The position numbers were made by a program, and so were the translations under genes. A stretch of DNA of 62,398 bases, filler included, from Asterionella formosa (lineage: Eukaryota), in NCBI GenBank assembly GCA_002256025.1. It is 6 parts of 6 records of this genome, joined end to end, with 100 filler letters (N's around TTAATTAATTAA, not from the genome) between each part and the next. Parts side by side here need not be neighbours in the genome. Positions count along the whole stretch, not along the records: positions 1 to 27,609 come from NKIB01001463.1; positions 27,710 to 55,223 come from NKIB01001465.1; 4 more parts are not named here. The stretch is one strand, 5' to 3'. Positions 23,701-35,700 of the stretch are shown here, one piece after another. Every line of letters begins with the position of its first letter. Position 1 is the first letter of the stretch. The notes beneath the pieces were generated by a model. The model saw nothing but the letters and a program-made list of their open reading frames with translations, was not told where the DNA came from and did no database searches.

Positions 23701-23989
23701 TCTCTGCTCCAGAGTCGCTGCTGCTTCCACTGCTCGCATAGGCTCCTCCTGCAACGAAGGCTCCTCGATGCTTGGCGAACAAGGCCCCGGTGGTCCACAG
23801 TCGTACCTTGCCATCCCCGCCACCCGTGGCCACCGTAGTTCCATGGACGTCAATGGAATACAGAGGTGACCGCGCACTGCTGGCCGCGTCCAACAGTTGC
23901 AACGATTCACGAGGTTGCCGCGGCTCGCTTGCTGTTGCCGTAGAGTCGCTTGAATGAACGACCCAAAGAGGGACTTCGGCAACGACCAT
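20759..23989 (-). CDS. HIRA: Histone chaperone HIRA/Hir1
   Basis: 1076-aa ORF with N-terminal WD40 repeats (ATGGGDGKVRLW, GHTLDVVDLAWAPD, VKGVTFDPAG, FRRLSW), B-domain KDGKKRIRP and C-terminal Hira domain (W.RVAD, T.SH.E.RL). Confidence 0.95.
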   Translation of the reverse strand: MVVAEVPLWVVHSSDSTATASEPRQPRESLQLLDAASSARSPLYSIDVHGTTVATGGGDGKVRLWTTGALFAKHRGAFVAGGAYASSGSSSDSGAESHDGGNGAETDQPTKSAVLVHDITNLVRRKKGDTQPAPVIETNNNNSNSKNTASTKPPPHSKLLCTLSAHTGSSVLCVRFSTNGNFLASAGDDAVVCIYAPDKTTDNHWSRIKLCRGHTLDVVDLAWAPDDSHLVSCSLDKDAPIIVWKLTDLNNTHSITQSNVLVNPYKILGVSPSHTSTVKGVTFDPAGTYLASSGDDPAVCIWRAHDDWGLETKVTEGFLDSLSSQTLFRRLSWATDGTYICCTNATLNKKHVASTISREGWTTNRTAHLIGHKQPVVVSRHLSRLIQVKSSAGGDDPEYATLVALGDKRGFVTIWSTRKSRPLFKLQCSESRCTVTDLAWGYTGTNVILLVTLLDGHATALKFSEQELGTLLSEADQRRVFQLRYGIDDDNGGVGGRRFFVGDHSAPKLIENALQYSLEEDVDNDIANSDQEEAPLAPLEKLNTKQVETKKDGKKRIRPVLMSVVDDSSKKQIINGSSEGVKKKAKTKAETVKDVLEMAAKAASAAEGIQAPSQVPHKEPNGIAPVHHHVTTTPQHRHPQITQSAPVAQIPHSTSRVHTVELPMFAASVSAEKMETYTADCSNSTRIPKGSSGQPLLCTTLSITLHGRTMWKDEIIGTSCCAIAAGKSILVVGTTDGTLYIYGNSPTLGWKCGTSFRSHPPLIVGQPIASLELYEGDGSVRMLVVSADGTFYVHTLLPDLRLEFKGSIFPAMTHLLLSVNGQKNRAITGPLPKLARVQITESGRLLMLLSLQGSSVGHEDDASSKSPFRSVTSASSSGPGGSIQAFVYNAAAELWMRVADSRFVLSDFYTILPSAKTPDRLLATIDDAVRGGVTSSSIKPSRRGRDEASVSGMYHPDPCTVTRSHCEDRLACAMVLESAGEFEFWLLRYVRTLVQGGFEDLVRMVIDLLLGSVSIATEKSTCWWLSSAPTVLGLDRHMLVKKVIPEMSKNRAFQRLTNEISLEVEQLWQGNDGEPK

Positions 23990-24518
23990 ACTACCGGGAG
24001 TTGCAGGAGGGGAGTGCAGAACAAGCAGATTACCGGTGGGTTTGTATTAACAAATTATTAAATGATAACATGGCAAACACCGGGATTCTTACCGGTACTA
24101 TGCTGCTTATATTTTATCAGTTTTGAAATATCCCGGTACAATGATTACTTTATTGTAGGTACAGGTAAATGCTAGTAGTAATTTCTTACGGATATACCGG
24201 CAATAGTTGAAGAAACTCCAAACAGTCCACTGTCAGCCTCTGCTCGGTTCATTAACCATAACCCTAACAATTCCATATTTTCGCGATATTTGCCATCCTA
24301 CCGGTACATTCTGAGTATGCATGCCAATCACCATGGCGCATATTCATTCTTGCTTTTCTCTTGTTGTCATTGCGCTCATCTGCTCCTTTGACTGCCAGCA
24401 TTCATATTATTCATACTATTAGTCTTTGGTGTCAGACTGCTGACTAACATACCCAGGTATGTTAGAATTTTCATCTAACCAGTATATTCCCTTCTTGATG
24501 GGGGAAAGGGGTCATATG

Positions 24519-25205
24519 CTATTTTTTGCTAGCAAAACAGCCTTTGCGGCTTTGTAGTATTTTATAAATGCGATGTCCCTGCATTCGCTTCCAGAGTAGA
24601 ACAGAATATGCGACACTGCATCCACTCACGTGCTTTCGGTTGTTCCAAATTTGACGTTTGAGCCAAAGGGGGCTCCCTTCACAAGTCATTAAGTGAAATG
24701 CAATATTGGGTACATGATTGGAGACAAAGGTAGCAGAGCGGCATTGAAAAACTTTATCGCCATTGCAAAGGCGACAGCACATGCTTTCAGAATCAGTGGT
24801 AGTAGACGCCATTACCATGTGAGAAAACATCACCACCTCATTGATTGTGCCATATCTGCGATCAACCTCAGAATAGACCAACTCAATGCTCGAAGGATCC
24901 CATTTTCCGGTCACTCTCGTCCTTTTCGTAGCTAAGTGATGCCACTTGTCATCGGATGGAAATATGTGAATTTTGTCTGAAGAACTTTTCTCTGTAGAAT
25001 TTTTGTAAACTAGAGGCGTGGTGACAACAAGTTGGTTCGACTGAAAATTCTCAAAAGGGCCCTGTTGATCCTGTGACCATGATGGACGAGATGGACTAAC
25101 TACTCGTGGGATTGTCGACTGCGAAATCATTCTGGGAGCTTCATTGCCAAACTCTCTTGGTTTCCCCAGCAAAGGGAGTTCCACTCGCTCCTTCCTTTTG
25201 ACCAT
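24519..25205 (-). CDS. Hypothetical protein with Cys/His motif (CRLC...HLMTC..SP.WLK)
   Basis: 228-aa ATG ORF. The motif resembles a putative Zn-binding domain recurrent in diatom hypothetical proteins; function unknown. Confidence 0.5.
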   Translation of the reverse strand: MVKRKERVELPLLGKPREFGNEAPRMISQSTIPRVVSPSRPSWSQDQQGPFENFQSNQLVVTTPLVYKNSTEKSSSDKIHIFPSDDKWHHLATKRTRVTGKWDPSSIELVYSEVDRRYGTINEVVMFSHMVMASTTTDSESMCCRLCNGDKVFQCRSATFVSNHVPNIAFHLMTCEGSPLWLKRQIWNNRKHVSGCSVAYSVLLWKRMQGHRIYKILQSRKGCFASKK

Positions 25206-26104
25206 TTCCGTGGATCAGATTTGTGGCTCGTTCGAATTGTTGGAACTGTAAAGGTAATAAGTGAAACAAGAATTGATTTTACTTTTCTTCAAATCCGGAT
25301 GGTCTCTTCTAATAGATAAAGTAAGGTATGAAATCGACAGAATATTCATGAAACGGACAACAATATATCCGAAACCTTCGCGTGGTCGACCTCGTTGAGT
25401 CGTTGTACCTGGAACTGGTACCTGGTACATTACCCAGTACCTGGGACCAGAAACACGTATTTGGTCTACCTATATTTTTAGTCCTTTCAGACAATAAGTA
25501 CAAAATATAGCTAGAATAGTCTCCAAAGAAGTCTCCAAAAGGTGTCTACAAATATACTTCTATGTACTGGCAGTTAGTATCTTCGTGAATACGCAATGTG
25601 TGAATGAATTTAGAACAATGTCATACCGGCATGTATAACCAACGACTATTTTCCCGCGTGGTACTGGTACTAGTATTTTGCACAGTATCTGGGACCAGAA
25701 AAGCGACACGTATTTCATAGTCTTTCAGACAATATATGAGTACTGTTCTGTCTAGCGGGAATGGATTACAATGGTGTCAACAAGTTGCTTCAGTATTTTA
25801 TTATCAAATACGTAATGTGTGTTTGAATTTAGAACCATCTATATACCGACAAAACTAAAGAACATGTCCCCAGGAAGGTCCGGTAATCAGCGAATTGCGC
25901 GCAATATGTTGTAAAAATTCCACGTAGCGGTTTCAACCTACCGGTACTTCATTGGAAGTCTGACCGGCTCACCAATTCCGAGATGATGAACGATCTCAAA
26001 ATATTTCCTTTTATTTATTTTACCTGTAACCGTTATAAAGCTTCCAACGGAAAAGCGCTGCCACCTTTCATAGCAGAATCGATGACTATGTACCAACTTC
26101 ATCT

Positions 26105-26246
26105 CGCTGACTGCGGACTTCTTGTTGCTAAATGCTGACTTGATTTGCTGAAGATTTTAAATATTCGCAGACTGCTGACTTCATTTGCTGACTACCCTCG
26201 GTACTGACATTCAGTCGCTGACTGCTAACTTAAATATGCTGACGTC
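26105..26246 (+). repeat. Degenerate ~21-nt-period minisatellite (GCTGACTGCTGACTT core)
   Basis: Recurrent units gctgactgcggactt, gctaaatgctgactt, gcagactgctgactt, gctgactgctaactt. Confidence 0.55.
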
Positions 26247-26388
26247 AAGCAGCCTACTTTGTACATAGGAAGAGACCAACTACCGGTACCGGAGTACGAA
26301 TCGTGTTTCCTTTTCATATTTGAATAATGACTGAAGCGCATCTTTTCGTCGTTGGGATACCAAAAGCGATTCCTTCTACGTTCATACT

Positions 26389-27609
26389 GGGCGCGCTCTG
26401 ATAATAAAAAATTATTATATAATGTGTGTATTATAACACAAATTATTCTGGTGATCTGCTACATAATATTGTCCTTGTGCTCTGATAATAGAGATATTTT
26501 AGATTACTTCTCTGACATTATATATATTTTTAACTTTAATTTTCAACAGTTAAATTTTCATATCGATGCATCCTCTTGTATGCTATGCCGCCTCTTGTTC
26601 ATTATATGCATGAGTTCTATATATTCATCATCGTCGGTCACTGACCATGTCGACTTTCATCTCATCTCCTAATGATGATGATGATGACATTATGATCACA
26701 TTGCTACTGTTAGCAATGTGCTATCCAGCAGTAAATAGGACGCCATCGTTCAGGGAAAGTTTGACTGTTGATGAGGTCCGTTAGAATGAATTAATTTAAG
26801 GTTGTTATTCATCATCACTACTACTGCTACCACTGTTGTTTTTTGGTGTTTGACATTGAGTTGAGGCAGACAAAGTTTGTTGTGCATTGGCACCTGCTGT
26901 CGAGGTTGGATTTTGGCTTTGCATTGTTTGCTGCATTGAAATCATGTTTGAAGCAATAATTGAATTCATAATTGCCTGAGTTGCTGGGATTGGCACTGTC
27001 AGTGGAGGTGGTTGTTTGAGATACCCCATGCTGATTCAACAATGATGCCATGATTGACATCATCATCATGTTCATCATGTTCTGTTGCTGCAGTTGTTGC
27101 TGCTGTTGTTGTTGCTGCTGCAGGTTATCAGTATCAGTTCGAGTAGCCTTGTGAAGCAACTGGCTGTGTTGAAAGAAGAGAAAGCACTTTTTCAACAGGC
27201 CCAGTATTGTTTGACACTGCCTTATCTCTAAATCGAGGAGACACCATAGGTCGAGGAAATCTTGAACCAGAAAAATTAGCATAAGCGGCAGATGTTGCTC
27301 CACCATTGTCTTCACTCTCCCCACCAGAAATCGCTATAAAATCATCATCAACATTTGGCTCATCAATATTGGGCTCATTGGGCTCTCTCTCTATTCCAAG
27401 ATCATTGGAATCAATCTCAGCACTTGCATCTGCTCGTTGCTCGATTCCTCGAAAAATTTGTTTGGCATATCTCACCTCAGCAGGGCATGTTGGGTCCCCA
27501 GTTGGTTTCTTAACTTTGTGCAGTTGTGAAAACTTTCGGCGAAGTGAAGGTCCTGTCCGTTCTTTGTCTGGGAAATTCTCGTTGTGCTGTGATGCAACAA
27601 CTTCCCATT
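26389..27609 (-). mobile_element. 3' end of a TIR DNA transposon (PIF/Harbinger-like) carrying the 3' part of a DUF6818/Myb-like ORF; truncated by the contig end
   Basis: TIR GGGCGCGCTCTGATAATAAAAAATTATTATAT...ATAACACAAAT (26389-26443) matches 54593-54645. Minus strand from the gap reads WEVVASQHNENFPDKERTGPSLRRKFSQLHKVKKPTGDPTCPAEVRYAKQI, then after a frame change a polyQ/MMMMS tail. Confidence 0.7.
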
Positions 27610-27709
27610 NNNNNNNNNNNNNNNNNNNNNNNNNNNNNNNNNNNNNNNNNNNNTTAATTAATTAANNNNNNNNNNNNNNNNNNNNNNNNNNNNNNNNNNN
27701 NNNNNNNNN
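27610..27709. other. Artificial contig-join spacer (N44-TTAATTAATTAA-N44); also at 55224-55323, 57018-57117, 58812-58911, 60606-60705
   Basis: Five identical 100-nt spacers with a six-frame stop linker. Contig lengths 27609, 27514, 1694, 1694, 1694, 1693 look size-sorted. Confidence 0.97.
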
Positions 27710-27960
27710 AAGATATCGATGCTTAGCAAGGTCATACGAAACTATTTGTAAGGCCAACCTGTACTGTACAAGCATCATATTACGAATTATAAGTTACTAC
27801 CGGTATTATACCGGAATTTCATATCTATATCATATAGCTATCGGTATTATATTTTAGGACAAGGCTATTCTTTATTATTATATCACTGATGAAACGTTGC
27901 CCATCGAAGTCAAAAGAAACAACGCCTCTATCCTTTGGTTTCACGTTAGTATTCTAGAGA

Positions 27961-28910
27961 ATGAAGCGCCTCTCTATTGTCTCTCTTTTGTTTGTTGTGG
28001 AGATGAGCACGGCCTTTTTTCCACCATGTTGTTTCCGGTCTCGTGTAGAACCCCTTTTCAGAACAATTGCCTTGTTCTCCGCGCAACCCGAACAGCCAAC
28101 CGAAGGAGAAATCAAACCTGATATCTTGGTTCCATTTCTCGCTGCTGCTGATCCAATGTATTATGTACAAGGTCCCATCGGGCAAGATGAATTTGTTATC
28201 TCACGAGCTGGTGAACCAACAAAAGAAGAACTTAGTAACGAAAACTTGCTTCGAATTGTCAAAATTGAGTGTTCTGATCTCGAAGTAAGTTCCAAATAAT
28301 TGATTCAATGCACTCGTAGTCTTAATAATACAAATCAGCTACTGACAAAGAGTCGACAGGTGAACACATTAGTCTGGAAGTGTTTGGGCTACCGTTTTGA
28401 TGAACAAAACCAAGCTTGGACATCCGAGAAAGTATTTCCAAAATGGCGAGAAAAATTCCCCATTCCACCGGACTTCATTGGAATGAGACGAGACTACAGT
28501 AAGGAAATCGACCAGCCGAGCTTGAAATCAAACCAATCTCTTGTTAAATCTGTTCCTGTTGACAGCAAACAATCCTTAAAGAGGCATTTCATACCTCTTG
28601 GTTTCAAAGGCTACAAGGTAAGTGCATAGAAAGAGTAAAGTACATTTCAATTCGATATTTTGTTATACTGAATCCTTTTCTGTATTATTAACCCTTCAAA
28701 CAAAAGATGGCTGAGCTAACCCCAAATAAAACTCGAAGAGCGCAATGTACTAATTGGTTGTTGTATTTCCGAGAGGAGCTGTTTGGCTTCACTATCGAGG
28801 AATTAAAGGAGCGGAGACGAGTCAAGAAGGAATCTGAAGATAATGAATTGGATGATGAAGGTGCTGAAGCTGAACCTGTATGGAAGCCACCTGTATCCGA
28901 AGTTTTCTAA
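27961..28910 (+). CDS. DUF1823-family protein, probably plastid-targeted (3 exons, ~261 aa)
   Basis: Exons 27961-28284, 28360-28617, 28707-28910. STA-FFP presequence. VNTLVWKCLGYR, WREKFP.PPDFIG, LGFKGYK, ELTPNKTRRAQ..NWLL. Confidence 0.85.
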
Positions 28911-29651
28911 TTATAAGTCATTAGTTACAAAAGCGCATAAGGAAGAAGGATTACCTTCATTGACTTGGTGCTTGCACTCAAGCAATGAAAGGAAGAAAAT
29001 CAGCGTTCACAGCCAATCAACTCGAGTACTGGTTGGAATGATAAAGGGCTAGCTGACATACTTCACGGATTTCGCACCATCACATAACAATAGTGCGGCA
29101 CTGCAATTACCGGTAGCTAGATCCAATATTTTTTAGGGTTATGTGGTTCTTCATACACGTAATATGTTGAGCCAATAGGAATGTATGTATGTACAATCTA
29201 CCGGTAACTATCATGTAATATCCTAATGGTTGGGGAATAGGGTGTCATACCGGTACCTGGTAATTTATAATACAGTATCTCGATGATGTAGTAGACTATA
29301 GCTATTACCGGTAACAATAGCGATATGCACATGAAGTACCTCTATGAGAGAGAAAGCCGTAGCTCATAGAAATAGATGATCCTCGCGAAAAAAAAGTTCA
29401 CACGAGAAAGAATTCTGATCTTGGTGTTAGATTTCAACATTGAAAGAGATTGAATGAATCTGCGACCCTGTTAAGTACACTAGCTATTGTCTAGACAAGG
29501 GAAGGTTTTAAAACATGCCGTGAGTGTTCTCAATGTAGCAAGCAAGTTGACTCATATTGGGTTTGGCTGCAGCATAGATCCGCTATTCAATCCTTCCATA
29601 GTGAGGAATTGCTAACAACTCCGTTTTGCTTCTTTGCCCAGGACGACCCGA

Positions 29652-31784
29652 ATGATGTCCAAGCTAGATTTCACCAAAACGCAACTTGCCATCTTTGGTG
29701 TGACAGTTCTCCTCGCTGTCGATTCGATAAAGTGAGTACGATTTATTTCATGTTTGTCGCAGCGCACGTGGAAGGGCAAAGCCAGGAGAGCGTCAACATC
29801 AGCTAACACTCGTTTTGTGAATAGTCCTGTCAAGATTTTCCTTCACGTCTTTCCTAGTGTTGCCCCATGGCACATTGCAGGCGTGTGCATCAGTCTCATG
29901 ATCTATGTAAGTCCGAGGGTTCTTGCTATCGTCCTTGTGGTTTTAGACTCGCCTGACGGCTGATTATTCTCCAAAAAGGTCTTTGTTTCGGAACTTAAGG
30001 AACTGCTCTACTTTTCGGTCAAGGTGTTTTTCCACTCTATTCTTTCGATATTCTTTCGAGAAGTCCAAGTTGTTGGAAGAGACAATGTTCCTCGTCGAGG
30101 ACCAGTTATTTTCACTGTGAATCACGCCAATCAATTCGTAGATGCAGTTGTTTTTCTTTCAAGTTGCGAACACAAGGTGTCATTTCTAATGGCAGAAGCA
30201 AGTTGGAAGCGTCCTATCATCGGGGATGTCGCTTGGGCCTTGGATGTAGTACCCGTGAAACGGGCTCAAGACTATTCTCACAAGGGAACTGGAGATGTTG
30301 TGTTTCACCGAAAGCAGCAACACGCGGAACTAGAAGGTACTCCGACGGTTATTTCGGTAAATGGTGTCAATACGATCTTCACTTCTGAACTCAAGATTGG
30401 AGATAAGATTCGACCCTCAGGTACAGCTAATGCTATGCGAGTAATGAGTATTGAAAGTGACACTGTCTTGACTTTGGATGGAGCTGATTGCGATCATATT
30501 GTTTTCCCAGAAGAATCAGCTGGATTTGACATTCTTCAAAAAATTGACCAAAAGCAAGTGTATGAGAAGGTCTTGGACAAACTTGTTAGTGGTGGATCCG
30601 TCGGAATTTTTCCCGAAGGAGGTTCCCATGATCGTACTGATCTTTTACCATTGAAAGTTGGTGTCGCACTTATTGCTTACTCGGCTATGGAGAAGGATGG
30701 TCTGAATGTCCCAATTATTCCTGTTGGATTGAATTATTTCCAACGAAATAAGTTCCGCGGTAGAGCTATCGTTGAATATGGTCGACCAATGTACATTGAC
30801 CCCACAACCATAGCATCATACTTACAAGGGGGACCGGAGAAACGACGAGTGTGCAGTGAGCTTCTTGACCGAATTCAAGACAGTATGAAGTCTGTCCTTG
30901 TGACCACACCAGACTATGAGACTCTGCAAGTAGTTTACACCGCAAGAAGACTATGGCAACGAAAGGAATTGGTCGTGTCAGAGAAGCAAGACATGGATCG
31001 TCGATTTGCGGAGGGATACAAGATGCTTCTCCAAAGCGTGGATGGTCAACCACCTAAAGAGTGGATTGACCTCCAACGACGTATCTTGGCTTACCAAGAC
31101 GAGCTCACCGAACTTGGAATCAAAGATTACCAAGTCGCTGGACTTGCTCGTGACGAAAGCACTGACGGAGACCTTTTCTTAAGTGGGATGCGATTTATTT
31201 ACCAGACTGTTTACCTAGTTTTCCTCATCCTTATTGGCGCCATTCCTGAAATTTTCTTGAATCTCCCTGTCGGACTAATTGCTCGAGTTTACGCCGAGCG
31301 CCGCAGAAAGAAGGCCCTCGCTGGTTCAAAGGTCAAACTTACAGGAATTGATGTTATGCTCACTGAAAAAATTGTTCTTTGTCTTGTCCTTGTCCCAGCA
31401 CTCTGGCTCGTTTATGGTTTGCTCCTTTGGTATTGCACTGATCTAGATGTATCAGCTATTGCTGTTGTCTTCGTTTCAATGCCTATCTCATCGTACATGG
31501 GCATCATGGTGGCCGAGTCAGGAATGATTGAATTCAAAGATTTGAAACCTTACCTAATGAGGCTTCTCCCAAAATCTGGTGCCCGTCTGACTGCCCTTCC
31601 TCAAACTCGCAAGCAACTCCAGACTGATCTTCGCGGATTCATAAAGGAAATCGGCCCGTCACTCGGCGAACTTTATCATGGCAAGAACCTAGACTGGGCC
31701 GCCATTCAGGAACGGGCTAGAAAGGAAAGAGATACCGGTATTCACGGTGAATGGGGTCAACACGAACCGAAAAAAGATAGGTAG
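29652..31784 (+). CDS. Glycerol-3-phosphate acyltransferase, fungal Gpt2/Sct1-type (3 exons, ~655 aa)
   Basis: Exons 29652-29731, 29825-29906, 29979-31784. Motifs NHANQFVD, PVKRAQD, IFPEGGSHDR, IIPVGLNY, plus C-terminal TM helices. Confidence 0.9.
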
Positions 31785-32708
31785 CTCGCGTTACTGCTGG
31801 AGAGACGACTGGACTCAACTCAGCGTCAGTAATCGTCTTAAAGTGTATAAATATTTTAAGAACATACACTGGGGTTAGATTACTTAGTAAAATAGGTTGC
31901 AAAAAATTATTATATTCCTCGACGTTGGGCCCCATAATTTTCACACCTCCTTTCGTCTCGTTTGCTTATACCCATAGAGATGTCTCCGACCCTTGACCAA
32001 TTCATGGTCTACCTCGTTCCTCTGTTATGTTGAATCTGCGGTTATGACAGGGAATCTAGGGTATGATGTTAAGTGTTGACCATTGTTGATGATATGATCA
32101 TCATTCAACCAATCAAGTATCAGCATGTTGTCAGATGTCCCCTGATGGTGTTCAAATTTGATGTGACAAGCCTCATGAAGGTTAAAAGATTTCTTGTGCC
32201 CCACCCTATGCAGCACACGCTGTGGACCGCAGATGGTACAAATTACAATTTTAAATTACCAATCATGTTCAGTAAATGTCTTGGGTCAACACATGTTTAA
32301 GATGATTAAAGTAAGCGAGCTCTTCTGAAGAAATTCAAATGATAATATAGAATGGAGTTGCAATGAATTAGCTAGTACCGGCCGGTATTCACAATATTTC
32401 ACATTCAGTGATGTCAATATGTTTTGTTGGATTCTATCAAAATTGTGTGTGACGAAACTTTCGCATTTACACTTTTGTATTGCAATGGTCGAACAGTTTT
32501 CTGGTCTGCACCGAAATTTCGGGTCTGACCACATGATATTCCGATATATAGCATTCCTAAACTGACTGGCGGCAGAGTTATTGAACAAAATTCGTCAAAG
32601 TTCGTTTTTCAAATTCAAATTGCAGGACCTACTAAACCAATGTTTCAGAAAATCAGCGTACCAGCCAATTAATTGCAATATGGACGAGATTATATGAGCG
32701 TGAAAACT

Positions 32709-35700
32709 TTAAGTTGCGCTATTCATCATTTTCCGTCTTGCCATCGCAGTCTTTAGTTCTGCAATAATCTCAGAGTTGGAAGGCATAGGCTTCTTCCACA
32801 CCCAATCTGCTCCGGCTTCTGCAAATTGCTCGTCCATGTCGTTGCCCGAGCACCCAATTATGATTGACAATATCCTCATTCGTCGCATTGCGAACACTAC
32901 ATCAGTTCCAACCATGACACCACCAGCTTCTTCCATGTACTGATCAACAACAATTACATCAAAATTTTCTTTCCCGCAAATCTCAAGTGCTTCTTCTCCA
33001 GTTGAAGCTTCCTTGATGATTGCGTTAGGCGCAATACTTTTCATGATGCGACGCTTCAGCATCATGCGGTTCATCTTAACGTCGTCAATGATGAGGAATG
33101 AAATTTTTTCATCCATCAACGTCGAGTCGTCAACTTGCACTCCGACATCCGGAGGATCACAGATGGGTAAAGGCATGAGTACAATACACGACGTTCCGGG
33201 TCTAACTTTGGGATCACTGTCAAAACGGATTGATCCCCCCGTCAGATCAACCAAATGTTTGGCAATCGCTAATCCAAGACCAGTTCCTGGCGCCCCTCCC
33301 CTCTGAACGAAGCGTTCGAATAGCTTCTTTTGCTCCCCCTTTGGAATACCAGGGCCAGTGTCTGCGCATTCAAATTTGACAAACGCGCCTTCCCATCGTA
33401 TTATCAGTGTAATTGATCCTGATGTTGTGTACTTAATCGCATTTGTAATGACGTTTGTCATTACCTGCTGAATTCGATGTGAATCGCCGAGAACCCAATC
33501 CCTCCCATCAGTATCGCAAACTTTCAAAAACGCAACCCCGGGCCGTATTGATGGAAGCAACATCTTGTAAACGCTATCAAGCAAGGCCTGCAACGATATA
33601 GCAACTGCGTTCAAAGTCATTTTACCTTCTTCCATTTTTCGAACATCAAGTAGATTGTTCATGATCGACGACATGAAGCCTGTGCAGAGTTGCATTCCAT
33701 TTATCAAGCTTTTCGCGGACGGAGGCATGTCATCTGGCATTGCGTTCAAAGCGCTGTCGATAGCTCCCAACGGGTTGCGCAATTCATGGGCGAAGTAAGC
33801 TGTCATATTTCTTTCCGTTTCCACCTTGGCCTCTTGTGATGCCCTCAAATATTGCATCTCTCGCAACTCTTTTGCATGCCGACGGTCTTCCGTGACGTCT
33901 TGTGCAACACCCACAACGCCGACGATATTGCTTTCGGGGTCTTTTCTTGTAGTAGCATTTACAAGTAAGTACCTGATTTCACCTGACTTTGTCACAAACT
34001 CCAATTCGTAGTTTGCAGTTTCATTTCCTTGAAGTCCCCTTTCCATTACTTCTTTGACTGATTTCCTCAGCGAAGGAACAATGAATTGCACCAATGGCTC
34101 GTCAAAAGCTTCTTCCTTGAGATACCCAGTAATTTCTGCCGTTTTGTTGTTCCTATGTGTGTTCGAGAGTTAGCGCTACAAGTGCATTCAACAAATGAAA
34201 ATTGAAATATAAACATACCATTCGTTGATGTTACCGTCGCAATCAATACCAAAAATTGGGGCATTCGCGGTGTCAATTAGTTGTCGGAGTTCATTCGCCA
34301 TCCCCGCGACAGCTCGGTCACGCTGCACTGCTTCAGTGACATCCTGCGCAACACCAACAACTCCGACGACGTTATTTTCTGCATCCCTCCTAGTGGTAGC
34401 ATTGACGAGAAGATGTCTGATCTCGTTCGACTTTGTTCGAAATTCGAGTTCATAGTTCGATGTCCCACTACCTCGTAAAGCATTGTCCATTACATCTTGC
34501 ACTGATTGCCGGAGGGAAGGCACGATAAACGTCTCCACTAGTGGGCAATCAAATGCCTCCTCTTTCGTGAATCCAGTGATTTCAGCCGTTTTATCGTTCC
34601 TGTAGGCGAAAGTGGTCAGAACATAGTCTGTTGCGCCAGCAGGTCCCCTTCAGTAGCACGTACCATTCATTGACGTCGCCGTCCACATCAATACCAAAAA
34701 TAGGAGCATTTGCAGTGTCAATTAATTGTCGGAGTTCATTCGCCATCGCAGCTACTGCCCGATCGTGTTTCGCCGCCTCTGTCACGTCTTGAGCTACGCC
34801 TACAACACCGACAATATTGTTCTCTGCGTCTCGCCTGGTAGTAGCATTCACAAGTAAATAACGAATCTCATTTGACTTTGTTCTGAATTCAAGTTCGTAA
34901 TTGGACGTCCCTCTACCGTTCAAAGCATTATCCAATACTTCCTGCACAGATTGTCTCAACTTTGGAACAATAAATGTCTCAACAAGAGATCGATTGAAGG
35001 CTTCATCGCCGGTGAATCCGGTTATCTCAGCAGTCTTGTCGTTCCTATATTTCAACGTTTACAGTGTCAGAACAAGAGAAGCAGATGAGAAATGATATCA
35101 GACTGAAACTACTTACCATTCGTTGACATTGCCATTGATATCAATGCCGAAAATTGGGGCGTTGGCTGTGTCAACTAATTGTCGTAGCTCTCGAGCCATG
35201 GCTGCTACTGCTCTGTCATGCTGAGCGGCCTCCGTTACATCTTGAGCAATAATAAGGACACCCACAATGTTATTCTCATTATCCCTCCGTGTTGTGGCAT
35301 TCACCAACAAATACCGAATCTCACCGGAGATGGTCAAGAATTCCAACTCGTAGTTGGACGTTTCGTCACCTTGCAAAGCCTTATCCAAGACTTCTTGAAC
35401 CGAGTGCCTCAAGGATGGAACTATGAAGTTATCAACGAGGTGCTTATCAAATACCTCGTCCTTGGCGAAACCTGTGATTTCCGCGATTTTGTCGTTCCAC
35501 TCGTTGACGTCACCATCAACGTCGATGCCAAAAATAGGAGCATTTGCCTTGTCGATCAGCCGTCTAAGCTCGTTCGCCATTGCTTCCACTATTTTATTTT
35601 TTCTCCCCACGTTCGTAATATCTTGAGCGAAAACGATGACACCCACAATTTTGTTATTGGCGTCCCTTCTAGTGTTCGCGTTGAACAGAAAAAATCTCAA

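Noticed and set aside
25441..25840. Degenerate ~250-bp tandem duplication upstream of the 24519-25205 gene
   Set aside because: Real but highly decayed local duplication, with no termini or coding signal.
27610..27709. Recurrent TTAATTAATTAA within N runs as a biological repeat
   Set aside because: Artificial six-frame-stop contig linker. Gene neighbourhoods across the five spacers carry no meaning.
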